DNA of 37,431 bases from Planctomycetaceae bacterium (GTDB taxonomy: Bacteria > Planctomycetota > Planctomycetia > Pirellulales > UBA1268), in NCBI GenBank assembly GCA_046095145.1, contig JBJTIV010000118.1, positions 1 to 37,431 of the forward strand. Reading direction: 5' to 3'. The position numbers and the translations under genes were made by a program. The first letter of the stretch is position 1; each line of letters begins with the position of its first letter. Shown here piece after piece: positions 8,540 through 16,471 of the stretch. The notes under the pieces are model-generated. The model was given only the letters and a program-made list of their open reading frames with translations. It ran no database searches and was not told the DNA's origin.

Positions 8540-8785
8540 TCACTGCGTCGACTCCCGTTCGGGAGCGAAGGCGGGGGGCTCGGGACGAGGATGCGGAGCA
8601 CGCGGCGCTTCGCCGCAGCGAACGCAACTCGTACCGGCCCGTAGCCGAGCGGTTTGGGCTCTGTGACGCCGCAACGAACCGGTCTGGTTTGCCCGCGGGA
8701 TACCCTCGTGCGTAGCAGTCTGCCGCTGTGGGCAGGGGATGCGGCGGCGGGGCTCGAAAGCGGAGCCGGCCGCGAGGGTCTTCCC

Positions 8786-8977
8786 ATGCTCAATCGCAGC
8801 GCCGTCGTCGTCGGCCACGAGCCGGCGTTCATCGGCTGGCTCAAGACCACCGGCGTGTCCGCGGAGCGGATCGCCGAACTCGAGCGCTTCCACGACCGGA
8901 CCGTCTCCCTGATCCCGGGCTGCCACCACCCCGAGGAGCTCGAGGAGGTCGCCGAGGCGGCGACCCCGGTGGGCTGA
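8786..8977 (+). CDS. Small hypothetical protein (63 aa) overlapping the 3' tail of ispH convergently
   Basis: The translation is MLNRSAVVVGHEPAFIGWLKTTGVSAERIAELERFHDRTVSLIPGCHHPEELEEVAEAATPVG. GC3 is about 95% in this frame, and GAGGG lies 12 nt upstream of the ATG. I recognise no family. Confidence 0.45.
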   Translation: MLNRSAVVVGHEPAFIGWLKTTGVSAERIAELERFHDRTVSLIPGCHHPEELEEVAEAATPVG

Positions 8978-9935
8978 CCGGACAGGCCATCGGCCGCCGC
9001 ACGGCCGCGGCGGCCGCCCGCAGCTCCTTCGGCAGCGGGAAGTAGACGTCCTCCGCGCGGATCGTCCGCTCCTCGACCGCGGCGCCGTAGCGGTCGCGGA
9101 GCCATGCCAGGCACTGCTGCACGACCGTTTCCGGGGCGCTCGCGCCGGCCGTCACCACCACCGTCTCGTCGCCCCGGAACCAGGCGGGGTCGATCTCATG
9201 GGCACCGTCGATCAGGTGTGCACGAATGCCCCGCTCGCGGCCGAGTTCGGCGAGCCGCTGGCTGTTGGAGCTGTTCTGACTGCCCACCACGAGCACCACG
9301 TCGGCGGCCTCGGCGAGGATGCGGACCGCCTCCTGGCGATTCTGCGTGGCATAGCAGATGTCGTCCTTGGGAGGGCCGACGATCTGTGGAAACCGCTCCC
9401 TCAGCCGGCTGATGATCCGCGCCGCATCGTCGACCGAGAGGGTGGTCTGCGTGAGGTAGGCCAGGCGATCGGTCGGACCGTAGGGCAGCGCGTCGACGTC
9501 CTCCGGCGTCTCCACGAGCGTGAAGGCGTCGGGGGCCTGGCCGATCGTACCGATCACCTCGTCGTGCCCCTCGTGGCCGATGAGCATGATCCGATAGCCC
9601 TGCGAGGCGTACTTGATCGCCTCGAGATGCACCTTCGTGACGAGCGGGCACGTGGCGTCGATGGCCCGCAGCCGCCGCTCGGCCGCGACCCTGCGCACCT
9701 CGGGAGCCACCCCGTGCGCGGAGAACAGGAGCACGGCTCCTTCCGGCACCTCCTCGACCGCGTCGACGAACACCACCCCCTCCTTGACGAAGCGGTCCAC
9801 GACGTGCTTGTTGTGCACGATCTCGTGGAATACGTAGATCGGCGTGCCGTGGAGCCGGATGGCGGTCTCGAGCGTCTCGATCGCCATGTTGACGCCGGCG
9901 CAGAAGCCGCGCGGGCTGGCGAGCAGGATCTTCAT
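8841..9935 (-). CDS. ispH: 4-hydroxy-3-methylbut-2-enyl diphosphate reductase
   Basis: MKILLASPRGFCAGVNMAIE..., HEIVHN, ATCPLVTKVH and SSNSQRL are IspH motifs with the three cluster Cys. Homology ends near VYFPLPKELR (about 9010). The frame then stays open for about 55 Pro/Arg/Gly-rich residues until 8841. Confidence 0.9.
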   Translation of the reverse strand: MKILLASPRGFCAGVNMAIETLETAIRLHGTPIYVFHEIVHNKHVVDRFVKEGVVFVDAVEEVPEGAVLLFSAHGVAPEVRRVAAERRLRAIDATCPLVTKVHLEAIKYASQGYRIMLIGHEGHDEVIGTIGQAPDAFTLVETPEDVDALPYGPTDRLAYLTQTTLSVDDAARIISRLRERFPQIVGPPKDDICYATQNRQEAVRILAEAADVVLVVGSQNSSNSQRLAELGRERGIRAHLIDGAHEIDPAWFRGDETVVVTAGASAPETVVQQCLAWLRDRYGAAVEERTIRAEDVYFPLPKELRAAAAAVRRPMACPVSPPGSPPRRPPRAPRGGGSPGSGRRSGRGSARVRRSAPRTRRWS

Positions 9936-10100
9936 GCGGCGACTGCCCCGCGGAGAGGTCGTGCGGTCATGGCCGGCCGCAGGGTACGCTGACGTCCGGC
10001 ATCACCGGCATGGTAGTGAAGCCGGCGGGGACCGACCAGCGGGACGGCCGCGCCGCCGCCACGGGCGGAGGCACGGTGCGGGCGGGAGCCACATCGACGC

Positions 10101-11042
10101 ATGACCGCCACCACGGCCGACTACGACGCCTGCGCCGCCCTGCTCCGCGCCAGTGGATCGAGCTTCGCGCTGCCGATCCGACTCCTGCCTGCGGGCAAGC
10201 GGCGCGGCACGACCGCCCTCTACGCCTTCTGCCGTCGCGCCGACGACATCGTCGACGACGCCCCCGACGTCGCGACGGCGCGGGCCGCGCTCGAGCGCTT
10301 CGCGGCGGCCGTCCGCGACGGGCTCGCCGGCCAGCCCGCCGCCGACCCGGTCGTGCGGGCGCTCGTCGACACCGTGCGCCGGTTCGCCGTGCCGCACGAC
10401 GAGGTCCTCGCGATCCTGGCGGGCGTCCGCATGGATCTCGATGGCCGCGTCTACGACACCTTCGCCGACCTGGAGGGCTACTGCCGCCGCGTCGCCGGCG
10501 CCGTCGGCGTGGCGGCGATCCACGTGTGGGGCTTCACGTCGCAGGCCGCGCCGGCCGCGGCCGTCGACTGCGGCCTGGCCTTCCAGCTGACCAACATCCT
10601 GCGGGACGTTCCGGAGGATCTCGCCCGCGGTCGCCTCTATCTGCCCGCCGAGGATCTGCGGGCGTGCGGCTGCACGGTCGACGACCTGTGGGCGGGCCGT
10701 ATCGGGCCACCGTTCGCCCGGCTCGCCGCGCTCGAGGCCGGCCGGGCCGCCGTGGCCTACGACCGTGCCGCCGCGCTCGACCGCATGCACACCACCGACG
10801 GCCGGAGCGCCTTCCGCGCCATGTTCGGCGTGTACCGCGGCCTCTGGGCAGCCGTCCGGCGGGCCGGCCCGCGGATCGTCACAACGCGGCCGCGGCGGTC
10901 GCGTGCCAGGCTCGCCGCCGCCGCGGTGACGACGCTGCTCGTCGGCCCGTGGCGACCGTGGCGTCAAGGCCGCGCCGCGGCCGCGCAGACCTCGGCGAGC
11001 GCCGCGGCGAGCGTGCGGGCGTCGACGACGGCACGCTCGTAG
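10101..11042 (+). CDS. Squalene/phytoene synthase family enzyme (HpnD- or CrtB-like)
   Basis: The Asp-rich motifs YAFCRRADDIVDD and FQLTNILRDVPEDLARGRLYLP support the call. The family assignment is firm, but I cannot decide between presqualene, squalene and phytoene synthase from the sequence alone. The last ~25 codons overlap the convergent nucleosidase gene. Confidence 0.85.
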   Translation: MTATTADYDACAALLRASGSSFALPIRLLPAGKRRGTTALYAFCRRADDIVDDAPDVATARAALERFAAAVRDGLAGQPAADPVVRALVDTVRRFAVPHDEVLAILAGVRMDLDGRVYDTFADLEGYCRRVAGAVGVAAIHVWGFTSQAAPAAAVDCGLAFQLTNILRDVPEDLARGRLYLPAEDLRACGCTVDDLWAGRIGPPFARLAALEAGRAAVAYDRAAALDRMHTTDGRSAFRAMFGVYRGLWAAVRRAGPRIVTTRPRRSRARLAAAAVTTLLVGPWRPWRQGRAAAAQTSASAAASVRASTTARS

Positions 11043-11695
11043 AGCCGCCACAGGTCCACGGCCGCCAGCGGCCGGCGGCCGACCGCGCCCAAGGCCGCGC
11101 CGAGCCGGCGCAGCGCCGACTGGGGCCGCGCCAGGGCCGCGACTTCGCCGGGGAGATCCTCGTCGACGGCGTCGGAGATCACGCGGACGGCGGCGCACGG
11201 CAGCCCCGCGGCGGTCGCGACCGTCGCGACGGCGTGGGTCTCCATGTCGACGAGCTGGGCGGCCGAGCGGGTGGCGAGCGAGCGCTTGGCGGCGGAGGTC
11301 GCGACCACGTCGGCGACCGTCACGATCGTGAGCCCGGCCGCGGGGTCCGACGCGAGCAGCGGCAGCGGCCGCGCGGCGTCCGCCAGCACCACCCGGGTGG
11401 GCATCGCGACCACGCCGCGCCGCAGGGCCGCGTCGAGCCCGCCGGCGAAGCCCGCCGCCACGAGCAACCGCGGGCGGTGGCCGTCGACGAGCATCCGCGC
11501 CGCCCGCGTGGCCGCCTCCGTGCCCGCGCCGCCGACGCACCAGGCGACGCGTGCCCCCGCCACCGTGCCCTCGTGGACGACGCGGCCCGCGGCCCGCGTC
11601 GTGGTGCGGTCCACGGCGAGCCGCTCGAAGGGATCGGCCTCGATCTCGACCGCGAACACCACGCCGGCGTCACAGCCCCCGGGCAACGCGGTCAT
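10964..11695 (-). CDS. PNP_UDP_1-family nucleosidase (HpnG- or futalosine-hydrolase-like)
   Basis: VDMETHAVA and the AAGFAGGL Gly-rich motif are typical of MTA/SAH-nucleosidase-like enzymes. ATG 11695 lies 20 nt after the histidine kinase stop on the same strand. Confidence 0.7.
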   Translation of the reverse strand: MTALPGGCDAGVVFAVEIEADPFERLAVDRTTTRAAGRVVHEGTVAGARVAWCVGGAGTEAATRAARMLVDGHRPRLLVAAGFAGGLDAALRRGVVAMPTRVVLADAARPLPLLASDPAAGLTIVTVADVVATSAAKRSLATRSAAQLVDMETHAVATVATAAGLPCAAVRVISDAVDEDLPGEVAALARPQSALRRLGAALGAVGRRPLAAVDLWRLYERAVVDARTLAAALAEVCAAAARP

Positions 11696-11714
11696 GGGCA
11701 CACGAGGCCGCGTG

Positions 11715-13184
11715 TCAGCGGGCCGCCACCGTCTGGTCGGGGTGTCCGGCCTGGGGATTGATCCGGGCCGCGGACCGCGGCGAGGTGGGCAGTCTCACGG
11801 TCACGGTCGTGCCCTCGCCCTCACGGCTGACGATGTCGATCGTGCCGCCGTGACACTCGACGATCGCCTTGCAGATGGGCAGTCCGAGCCCGCCGCTCCG
11901 GCTCGAGCCGTCGTGGGCTCGGGAGGCATCGGCCTTGTAGAACCGGTCGAACAGCCGGGGGAGGTGCCGTGCCGCGATGCCCGCGCCCGTGTCGCCCACG
12001 CTCAGCACTGCGCCACCGACGTCGCTGGCCACCCGCACGTCGATCGAGCCCCCCGCGGCGGTGAAGCGCATGGCGTTGTCGAGCAGGTTGCCGACGACCT
12101 GCCGCAGCTGGGCCGCATCGCCCTCGACGACCACCGGGCGATCCGGGTCCGCCAGCCGCAGGCTCACGCCCTGCTCCTCGCCGACGCCGGCGAACATGGT
12201 GACGGCCTGGCGGGCGACCCCGACCAGATCGACGGGCGTCCGCATCGAGTCGGGTGTCGAGGCGCCGCTCTCGGCGAGCGTCAGCAGTCCGTTGGTGAGT
12301 TTCGTCAGGTAGCGGGTCTCCTCGAGCACCTCCTCGAGCGGTTCGCGCAGGTCGGCGCCGTCGTGGTCGTCCGCCAGCGCCACCTCGAGGCTGCTCTGCA
12401 CGGCCGCGAGCGGGCCGCGGAGCTCGTGCGCCGCGTCGGCCACGAACTGGTGCTGTTTGTCGACGTGCTCCGCCACGTCGTCGAGAAGCCCGTTGATCGT
12501 CTCGGCGAGATGGTCGAGCTCGTCTCCCGTGCCGCGGACGGGCAGGCGGTCGCCCAGACGGCTGGGATCGAGACGATCGGCGGTCGTCAGAATGTCGGCC
12601 ACGGGTCGTGTCGACTGGACGGCCAGCCACCAGCCGGCCAGCGGCGTGAGCGCGCAGAGCACGCCGCCGACCCCGAGGAGCACCCGCATGAGCCCGGAGA
12701 GGCTCTGGTCGAGCCCCGTCGTGTAGCTGCCCACCCGCACGTGGAACACGGGCTGATCGGGCTCGGCGATCCGCAGGCGGACGTAGCGGTAGGGGCCGAC
12801 CTGCACCACGTTCTCGACGCGGTCGAGGTTGTGGGGCGGAAACGCCGCCACCGCCTCGGGACAATGCGCACTCGTCCAGATCCGGGTCCCGTCCTCCGCG
12901 AGCAGCTGCGTGAACCAGCCGCGCTCGTCGTGGCTGGCCGCCTTGCGCCGCATTTCGGCGACCACGGCATCCATGTCCGGGAACAAGTCCTGCAGGGCCA
13001 GGGCGACCTCGCGGGCGCCGCCGCGGAACTCCCGGTCGGCGTCGGAATAGAGGGTCGCCCGCGCGGCGTACCGGGCCGCGAGCAGGGCCGCCAGGGTCAT
13101 CGCCAGGACGACCGCCGTGTTCCAGACGGCCAGCCGCATCCGCAGCGTGCCCCAGGGGAGCTGCTCACGCAATCGCGAGGGCAT
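11715..13184 (-). CDS. Sensor histidine kinase (two TM segments, HAMP, HisKA, HATPase_c)
   Basis: The H box FVADAAHELRGPL, N box LLDNAMRF, G boxes DTGAGI and GGLGL, and two hydrophobic segments flanking a periplasmic region support the call. The start overlaps the response regulator stop. Confidence 0.9.
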   Translation of the reverse strand: MPSRLREQLPWGTLRMRLAVWNTAVVLAMTLAALLAARYAARATLYSDADREFRGGAREVALALQDLFPDMDAVVAEMRRKAASHDERGWFTQLLAEDGTRIWTSAHCPEAVAAFPPHNLDRVENVVQVGPYRYVRLRIAEPDQPVFHVRVGSYTTGLDQSLSGLMRVLLGVGGVLCALTPLAGWWLAVQSTRPVADILTTADRLDPSRLGDRLPVRGTGDELDHLAETINGLLDDVAEHVDKQHQFVADAAHELRGPLAAVQSSLEVALADDHDGADLREPLEEVLEETRYLTKLTNGLLTLAESGASTPDSMRTPVDLVGVARQAVTMFAGVGEEQGVSLRLADPDRPVVVEGDAAQLRQVVGNLLDNAMRFTAAGGSIDVRVASDVGGAVLSVGDTGAGIAARHLPRLFDRFYKADASRAHDGSSRSGGLGLPICKAIVECHGGTIDIVSREGEGTTVTVRLPTSPRSAARINPQAGHPDQTVAAR

Positions 13185-13836
13185 AGCCGCGGCCCCGGAT
13201 CGTGTTGATGAAGGAGTTCGATCGGCCCTTGTCGAGCTTGCCGCGGAGCCGGTTGATGTGGACCTCGATCACGTTCGTGGGCCCGTCCCAGTCGAACCCC
13301 CAGACGTGCTCGCAGAGCATCTTCCGGGTGACCACCTGTCCCTGGTAGCGCATGAGGAGCTCGACGATGCTGAATTCCGTGGGCGTGAGCACGATGTCGC
13401 GGCCCTGGAGCGTGAGCCGCTTCGTGCCCAACGCCAGCCGCATCGGGCCGGCCTCCAATTCCATCGCGGGTTTGTGGGAACTGCGGCGGTGGAGGGCCTC
13501 GATCCGCGCCAGGAGCTCGTCCATCGTGAACGGCTTCACCAGATAGTCGTCGGCGCCGGCCGCGAATCCCCGGAGCTTGTCGGGCAGGGTGCCCCGGGCC
13601 GTGAGGACGATCACGGGCGTGCGCACCCCGGCGGAGCGGGCCCGCTGCAGCACCTCCAGCCCGTCCGTCTTCGGCAGCATGAGGTCGAGCAGCACGAGAT
13701 CGCTCCCGAGCAGGGTCTGGCCTGTGAGCGCAGCCTCGCCGTCGGGCACCACGGTGCACTCGTGCCCCGCTCCCCGCACGGCCTTCGACACCGACTTGGC
13801 GATGATCGGATCGTCTTCGATGATCGCGACGTGCAT
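13165..13836 (-). CDS. OmpR-family response regulator
   Basis: The 223-aa protein starts at ATG 13836. The receiver domain shows IIEDD...LLDLMLP...KPF, and a winged-helix output domain shows LTPTEFSIVELL...RGRGY. Confidence 0.92.
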   Translation of the reverse strand: MHVAIIEDDPIIAKSVSKAVRGAGHECTVVPDGEAALTGQTLLGSDLVLLDLMLPKTDGLEVLQRARSAGVRTPVIVLTARGTLPDKLRGFAAGADDYLVKPFTMDELLARIEALHRRSSHKPAMELEAGPMRLALGTKRLTLQGRDIVLTPTEFSIVELLMRYQGQVVTRKMLCEHVWGFDWDGPTNVIEVHINRLRGKLDKGRSNSFINTIRGRGYALAIA

Positions 13837-13893
13837 ACGGTCAAGGCTCGGGCGGGTTGTGGACCGACGGGAGATCGGTAGCGTCTCCGCGTC

Positions 13894-13899
13894 AGTATA
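13894..13899 (-). promoter_or_regulatory. -10-like hexamer TATACT upstream of the response regulator/kinase operon
   Basis: It is one of the five AGTATA sites I saw in the window, and it lies 57 nt upstream of ATG 13836 on the same strand. I found no convincing -35 element. Confidence 0.35.
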
Positions 13900-13976
13900 C
13901 AGTCGCCCCTGGAGATGCCGGCCCGGCCGACCCGGCCGGCTGGAACGCCTCCGGATCGCGGGCGGCGCGTGGCCCC

Positions 13977-15545
13977 TCACTCCCACTCGATCGTGGCGGG
14001 CGGCTTCGACGAGATGTCGTAGACCACCCGGTTCACGCCGCGGACCTCGTTGATGATCCGCGTGGAGACGCGGGCCAGCAGGTCGTGCGGCAGGCGGCTC
14101 CAGTCGGCCGTCATGAAGTCCTCGGTCTCCACCGCGCGGATGGCCAGGACGTCGTCGTAGGTGCGGGCGTCGCCCATCACGCCCACGGTCCGCACGGGCA
14201 GGAGCACGGCGAACGCCTGGGAGACCGTGCGCATGAGGCCCGCCTGCGCGAGCTCCTCCAGCAGGATCGCGTCGGCCTCGCGGAGCGTGTCGACGCGGGG
14301 CTTGGTCACCTCGCCGAGGCAGCGGACCGCGAGGCCCGGGCCCGGGAACGGATGCCGCCACACGATCCGCTCCGGCAGGCCGAGCTGGAGGCCGAGTTGC
14401 CGGACCTCGTCCTTGAACAGGTCGCGAAGCGGCTCGATGAGCTCGAACTGCAGGTCCTCGGGGAGTCCGCCCACGTTGTGGTGGAGCTTGATCGTGGCCG
14501 CGGGCCCGTCGGCCGCCGCGCCGCTCTCGATGACGTCCGGGTAGAGCGTGCCCTGGGCGAGGTAGCGGGCGTTGCGGATCTTCGCCGCCTCGTCGGCGAA
14601 GCAGTCGACGAACGCCTTGCCGATCCGGCGCCGCTTCTCCTGCGGCTCCGTGACGCCCGCGAGCGCGTCGAGAAACCGCTCCTCCGCCGCCACGACGTGG
14701 AGGTCGGTCTTGAAGTGCGTGGAGAACTCCTCGATGACCGCGGCCGCCTCGTGCCTCCGCAGCAGGCCGTTGTCGACCAGGATGCACGACAGGCGGTCGC
14801 CGATGGCCCGCGACAACAGGGCGGCCACGACCGCGGAGTCGACGCCGCCGGAGAGCCCGCAGATCACGCGGTCCTGCCCGATCCGCTCCCGCAGGGCCGC
14901 GATCGTGGCCGCGGCGAAGTCGTCGAGCCGCCACGAGCCCGAGCAGCCGCAGGCGCCGCGGAGGAAGTTCGCCAGGATCGCGGCCCCGGCGGCGGTGTGG
15001 GTGACCTCGGGGTGGAACTGCAGCCCGAACACGGGCAGCGTGCGGTGGCGGACGGCCGCCAGCGGGCAGGTGTCGGTCCGGGCCAGCGGCACGAACTCGG
15101 CCGCCCCGGAATCGACCTGGTCGCCGTGGCTCATCCACACCTCGGTGCGCGACGGCACGCCCGCGAACAGGGTGTCGGCCTCGAGCACGTCGCAGCTCGC
15201 CCGGCCGAACTCGCCGGTGCCGCCGCGGGTCACGCGTCCGCCCAGGGTCGCGCAGGCCAACTGCATGCCGTAGCAGATCCCGAGCACCGGGATCCCCAGC
15301 CGGAAGATGCCGGGATCGCAGCGCGGTGCGCCCGCGTCGGCGACGCTCGCCGGCCCGCCGGAGAGGATCACGCCCCGCGGCGCGAGCGCCCGGATCCGTT
15401 CCGCGGTGATGTCGTGCCGCACGATCTCGCAGAAGACGTGCTGCTCGCGGACGCGGCGGGCGATGAGCTGGGCGTACTGCGAGCCGAAGTCGAGCACGAG
15501 CACCCGCTCGCGCTGCTGCGGTGCGGCGGCTGCGGCTGCGGCCAT
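13977..15545 (-). CDS. guaA: GMP synthase (glutamine-hydrolysing)
   Basis: The GATase domain (GICYGMQ, HPE), the ATP-PPase SGGVDS motif and the C-terminal dimerisation domain ending [10 protein letters not shown] support the call. Confidence 0.95.
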   Translation of the reverse strand: MAAAAAAAPQQRERVLVLDFGSQYAQLIARRVREQHVFCEIVRHDITAERIRALAPRGVILSGGPASVADAGAPRCDPGIFRLGIPVLGICYGMQLACATLGGRVTRGGTGEFGRASCDVLEADTLFAGVPSRTEVWMSHGDQVDSGAAEFVPLARTDTCPLAAVRHRTLPVFGLQFHPEVTHTAAGAAILANFLRGACGCSGSWRLDDFAAATIAALRERIGQDRVICGLSGGVDSAVVAALLSRAIGDRLSCILVDNGLLRRHEAAAVIEEFSTHFKTDLHVVAAEERFLDALAGVTEPQEKRRRIGKAFVDCFADEAAKIRNARYLAQGTLYPDVIESGAAADGPAATIKLHHNVGGLPEDLQFELIEPLRDLFKDEVRQLGLQLGLPERIVWRHPFPGPGLAVRCLGEVTKPRVDTLREADAILLEELAQAGLMRTVSQAFAVLLPVRTVGVMGDARTYDDVLAIRAVETEDFMTADWSRLPHDLLARVSTRIINEVRGVNRVVYDISSKPPATIEWE

Positions 15546-15574
15546 GGGTGGTTCGGCGTGGCGGGAAACGCTGG

Positions 15575-15580
15575 AGTATA
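15575..15580 (-). promoter_or_regulatory. -10-like hexamer TATACT upstream of guaA
   Basis: This AGTATA site lies 29 nt upstream of ATG 15545, in the guaA/surE divergent spacer. Confidence 0.35.
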
Positions 15581-15640
15581 GGCGCTGTCCGACGTCGCCG
15601 CGACACGCGGCGTCGACCGGCCGCGCGGCGCCGGTCCGCG

Positions 15641-15668
15641 CGTCACGGCTCGTACGTCACGGCTGTTA
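15641..15668. repeat. Tandem direct repeat, 2 x 14 nt (CGTCACGGCTCGTA / CGTCACGGCTGTTA)
   Basis: I read it directly. The 10-nt core is identical in both units. The second unit runs into the TATAGT hexamer in front of surE. Confidence 0.6.
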
Positions 15669-15672
15669 TAGT
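15667..15672 (+). promoter_or_regulatory. -10-like hexamer TATAGT, 8 nt upstream of the surE ATG (candidate leaderless promoter)
   Basis: It matches TATAAT at 5 of 6 positions, and its spacing to ATG 15681 fits a leaderless transcript. Confidence 0.35.
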
Positions 15673-15680
15673 GAGTGGCC

Positions 15681-16448
15681 ATGCTCATCCTGCTCACCAA
15701 CGACGACGGGATCTTCGCGCCGGGGCTCGCGGCCATGGAGCGGGCGCTCCGCCGGCTCGGCGACGTGCACGTGTCGGCGCCGGCCACCGAGCAGAGCGGC
15801 ATGGGCCATGCCATCACCTTCCTCACGCCGCTGACCGCGAAGGAGGTCTTCGACGGCGAGCGGCGCCGCGGCTGGGCGGTCGACGGCAGTCCGGCGGACG
15901 CCGTGAAGCTCGGCATCGCCGCCTTCTGCCCGCGCCGGCCCGACCTGGTCGTCAGCGGCATCAACAGCGGACTCAACGCCGGCATCAACGTGCTCTACTC
16001 GGGCACCGTGGCGGCGGCGATCGAGGGGGCGTTTTTCGGGATCACGAGCGTGGCGGTGTCGCTGGAGTGGGACGAGCACGCCGACTACGGGCGGGCCGCC
16101 GAGATCGGCCTCCACGTGATCGAGGGCCTGCTCGCCCGACGACCGGCCCGCGGCAGCCTGTTCAACGTGAACATCCCCACGCGGGCGCTCGAGGGCACGC
16201 CCCGGCTGCGGGTGGTGCCCATGAGCATCGCCCGCTACGGCGAGGCCTTCGAGCGGCGGACCGATCCCCGGGGCCGGTCCTACTGGTGGGCGACGAACGA
16301 GCCCGCCCCGCCGCCGTCGCCGCAGGAGTCGGACGTCACCGCCCTGGCGGCCGGCGACGTGACGCTCACGCCGCTCGACTACGACCTCACCCACCGGGCC
16401 GCGGTCGACGTGCTGGCCGAGGGACCCTGGGACATCGGCCGCGCCTGA
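15681..16448 (+). CDS. surE: 5'/3'-nucleotidase SurE
   Basis: MLILLTNDDGIFAPGL..., GINSGLNAG and YSGTVAAAIEG are SurE signatures. I prefer ATG 15681 over the GTG at 15675. Confidence 0.93.
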   Translation: MLILLTNDDGIFAPGLAAMERALRRLGDVHVSAPATEQSGMGHAITFLTPLTAKEVFDGERRRGWAVDGSPADAVKLGIAAFCPRRPDLVVSGINSGLNAGINVLYSGTVAAAIEGAFFGITSVAVSLEWDEHADYGRAAEIGLHVIEGLLARRPARGSLFNVNIPTRALEGTPRLRVVPMSIARYGEAFERRTDPRGRSYWWATNEPAPPPSPQESDVTALAAGDVTLTPLDYDLTHRAAVDVLAEGPWDIGRA

Positions 16449-16471
16449 CCAGGACGGCGGCCGGGGCGGGG

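Noticed and set aside
8841-9010. The Pro/Arg/Gly-rich C-terminal extension of IspH as a functional domain
   Set aside because: It is low-complexity and has low GC3 in its own frame. It overlaps a plus-strand ORF with much better coding statistics, so it is more likely read-through to the first available stop.
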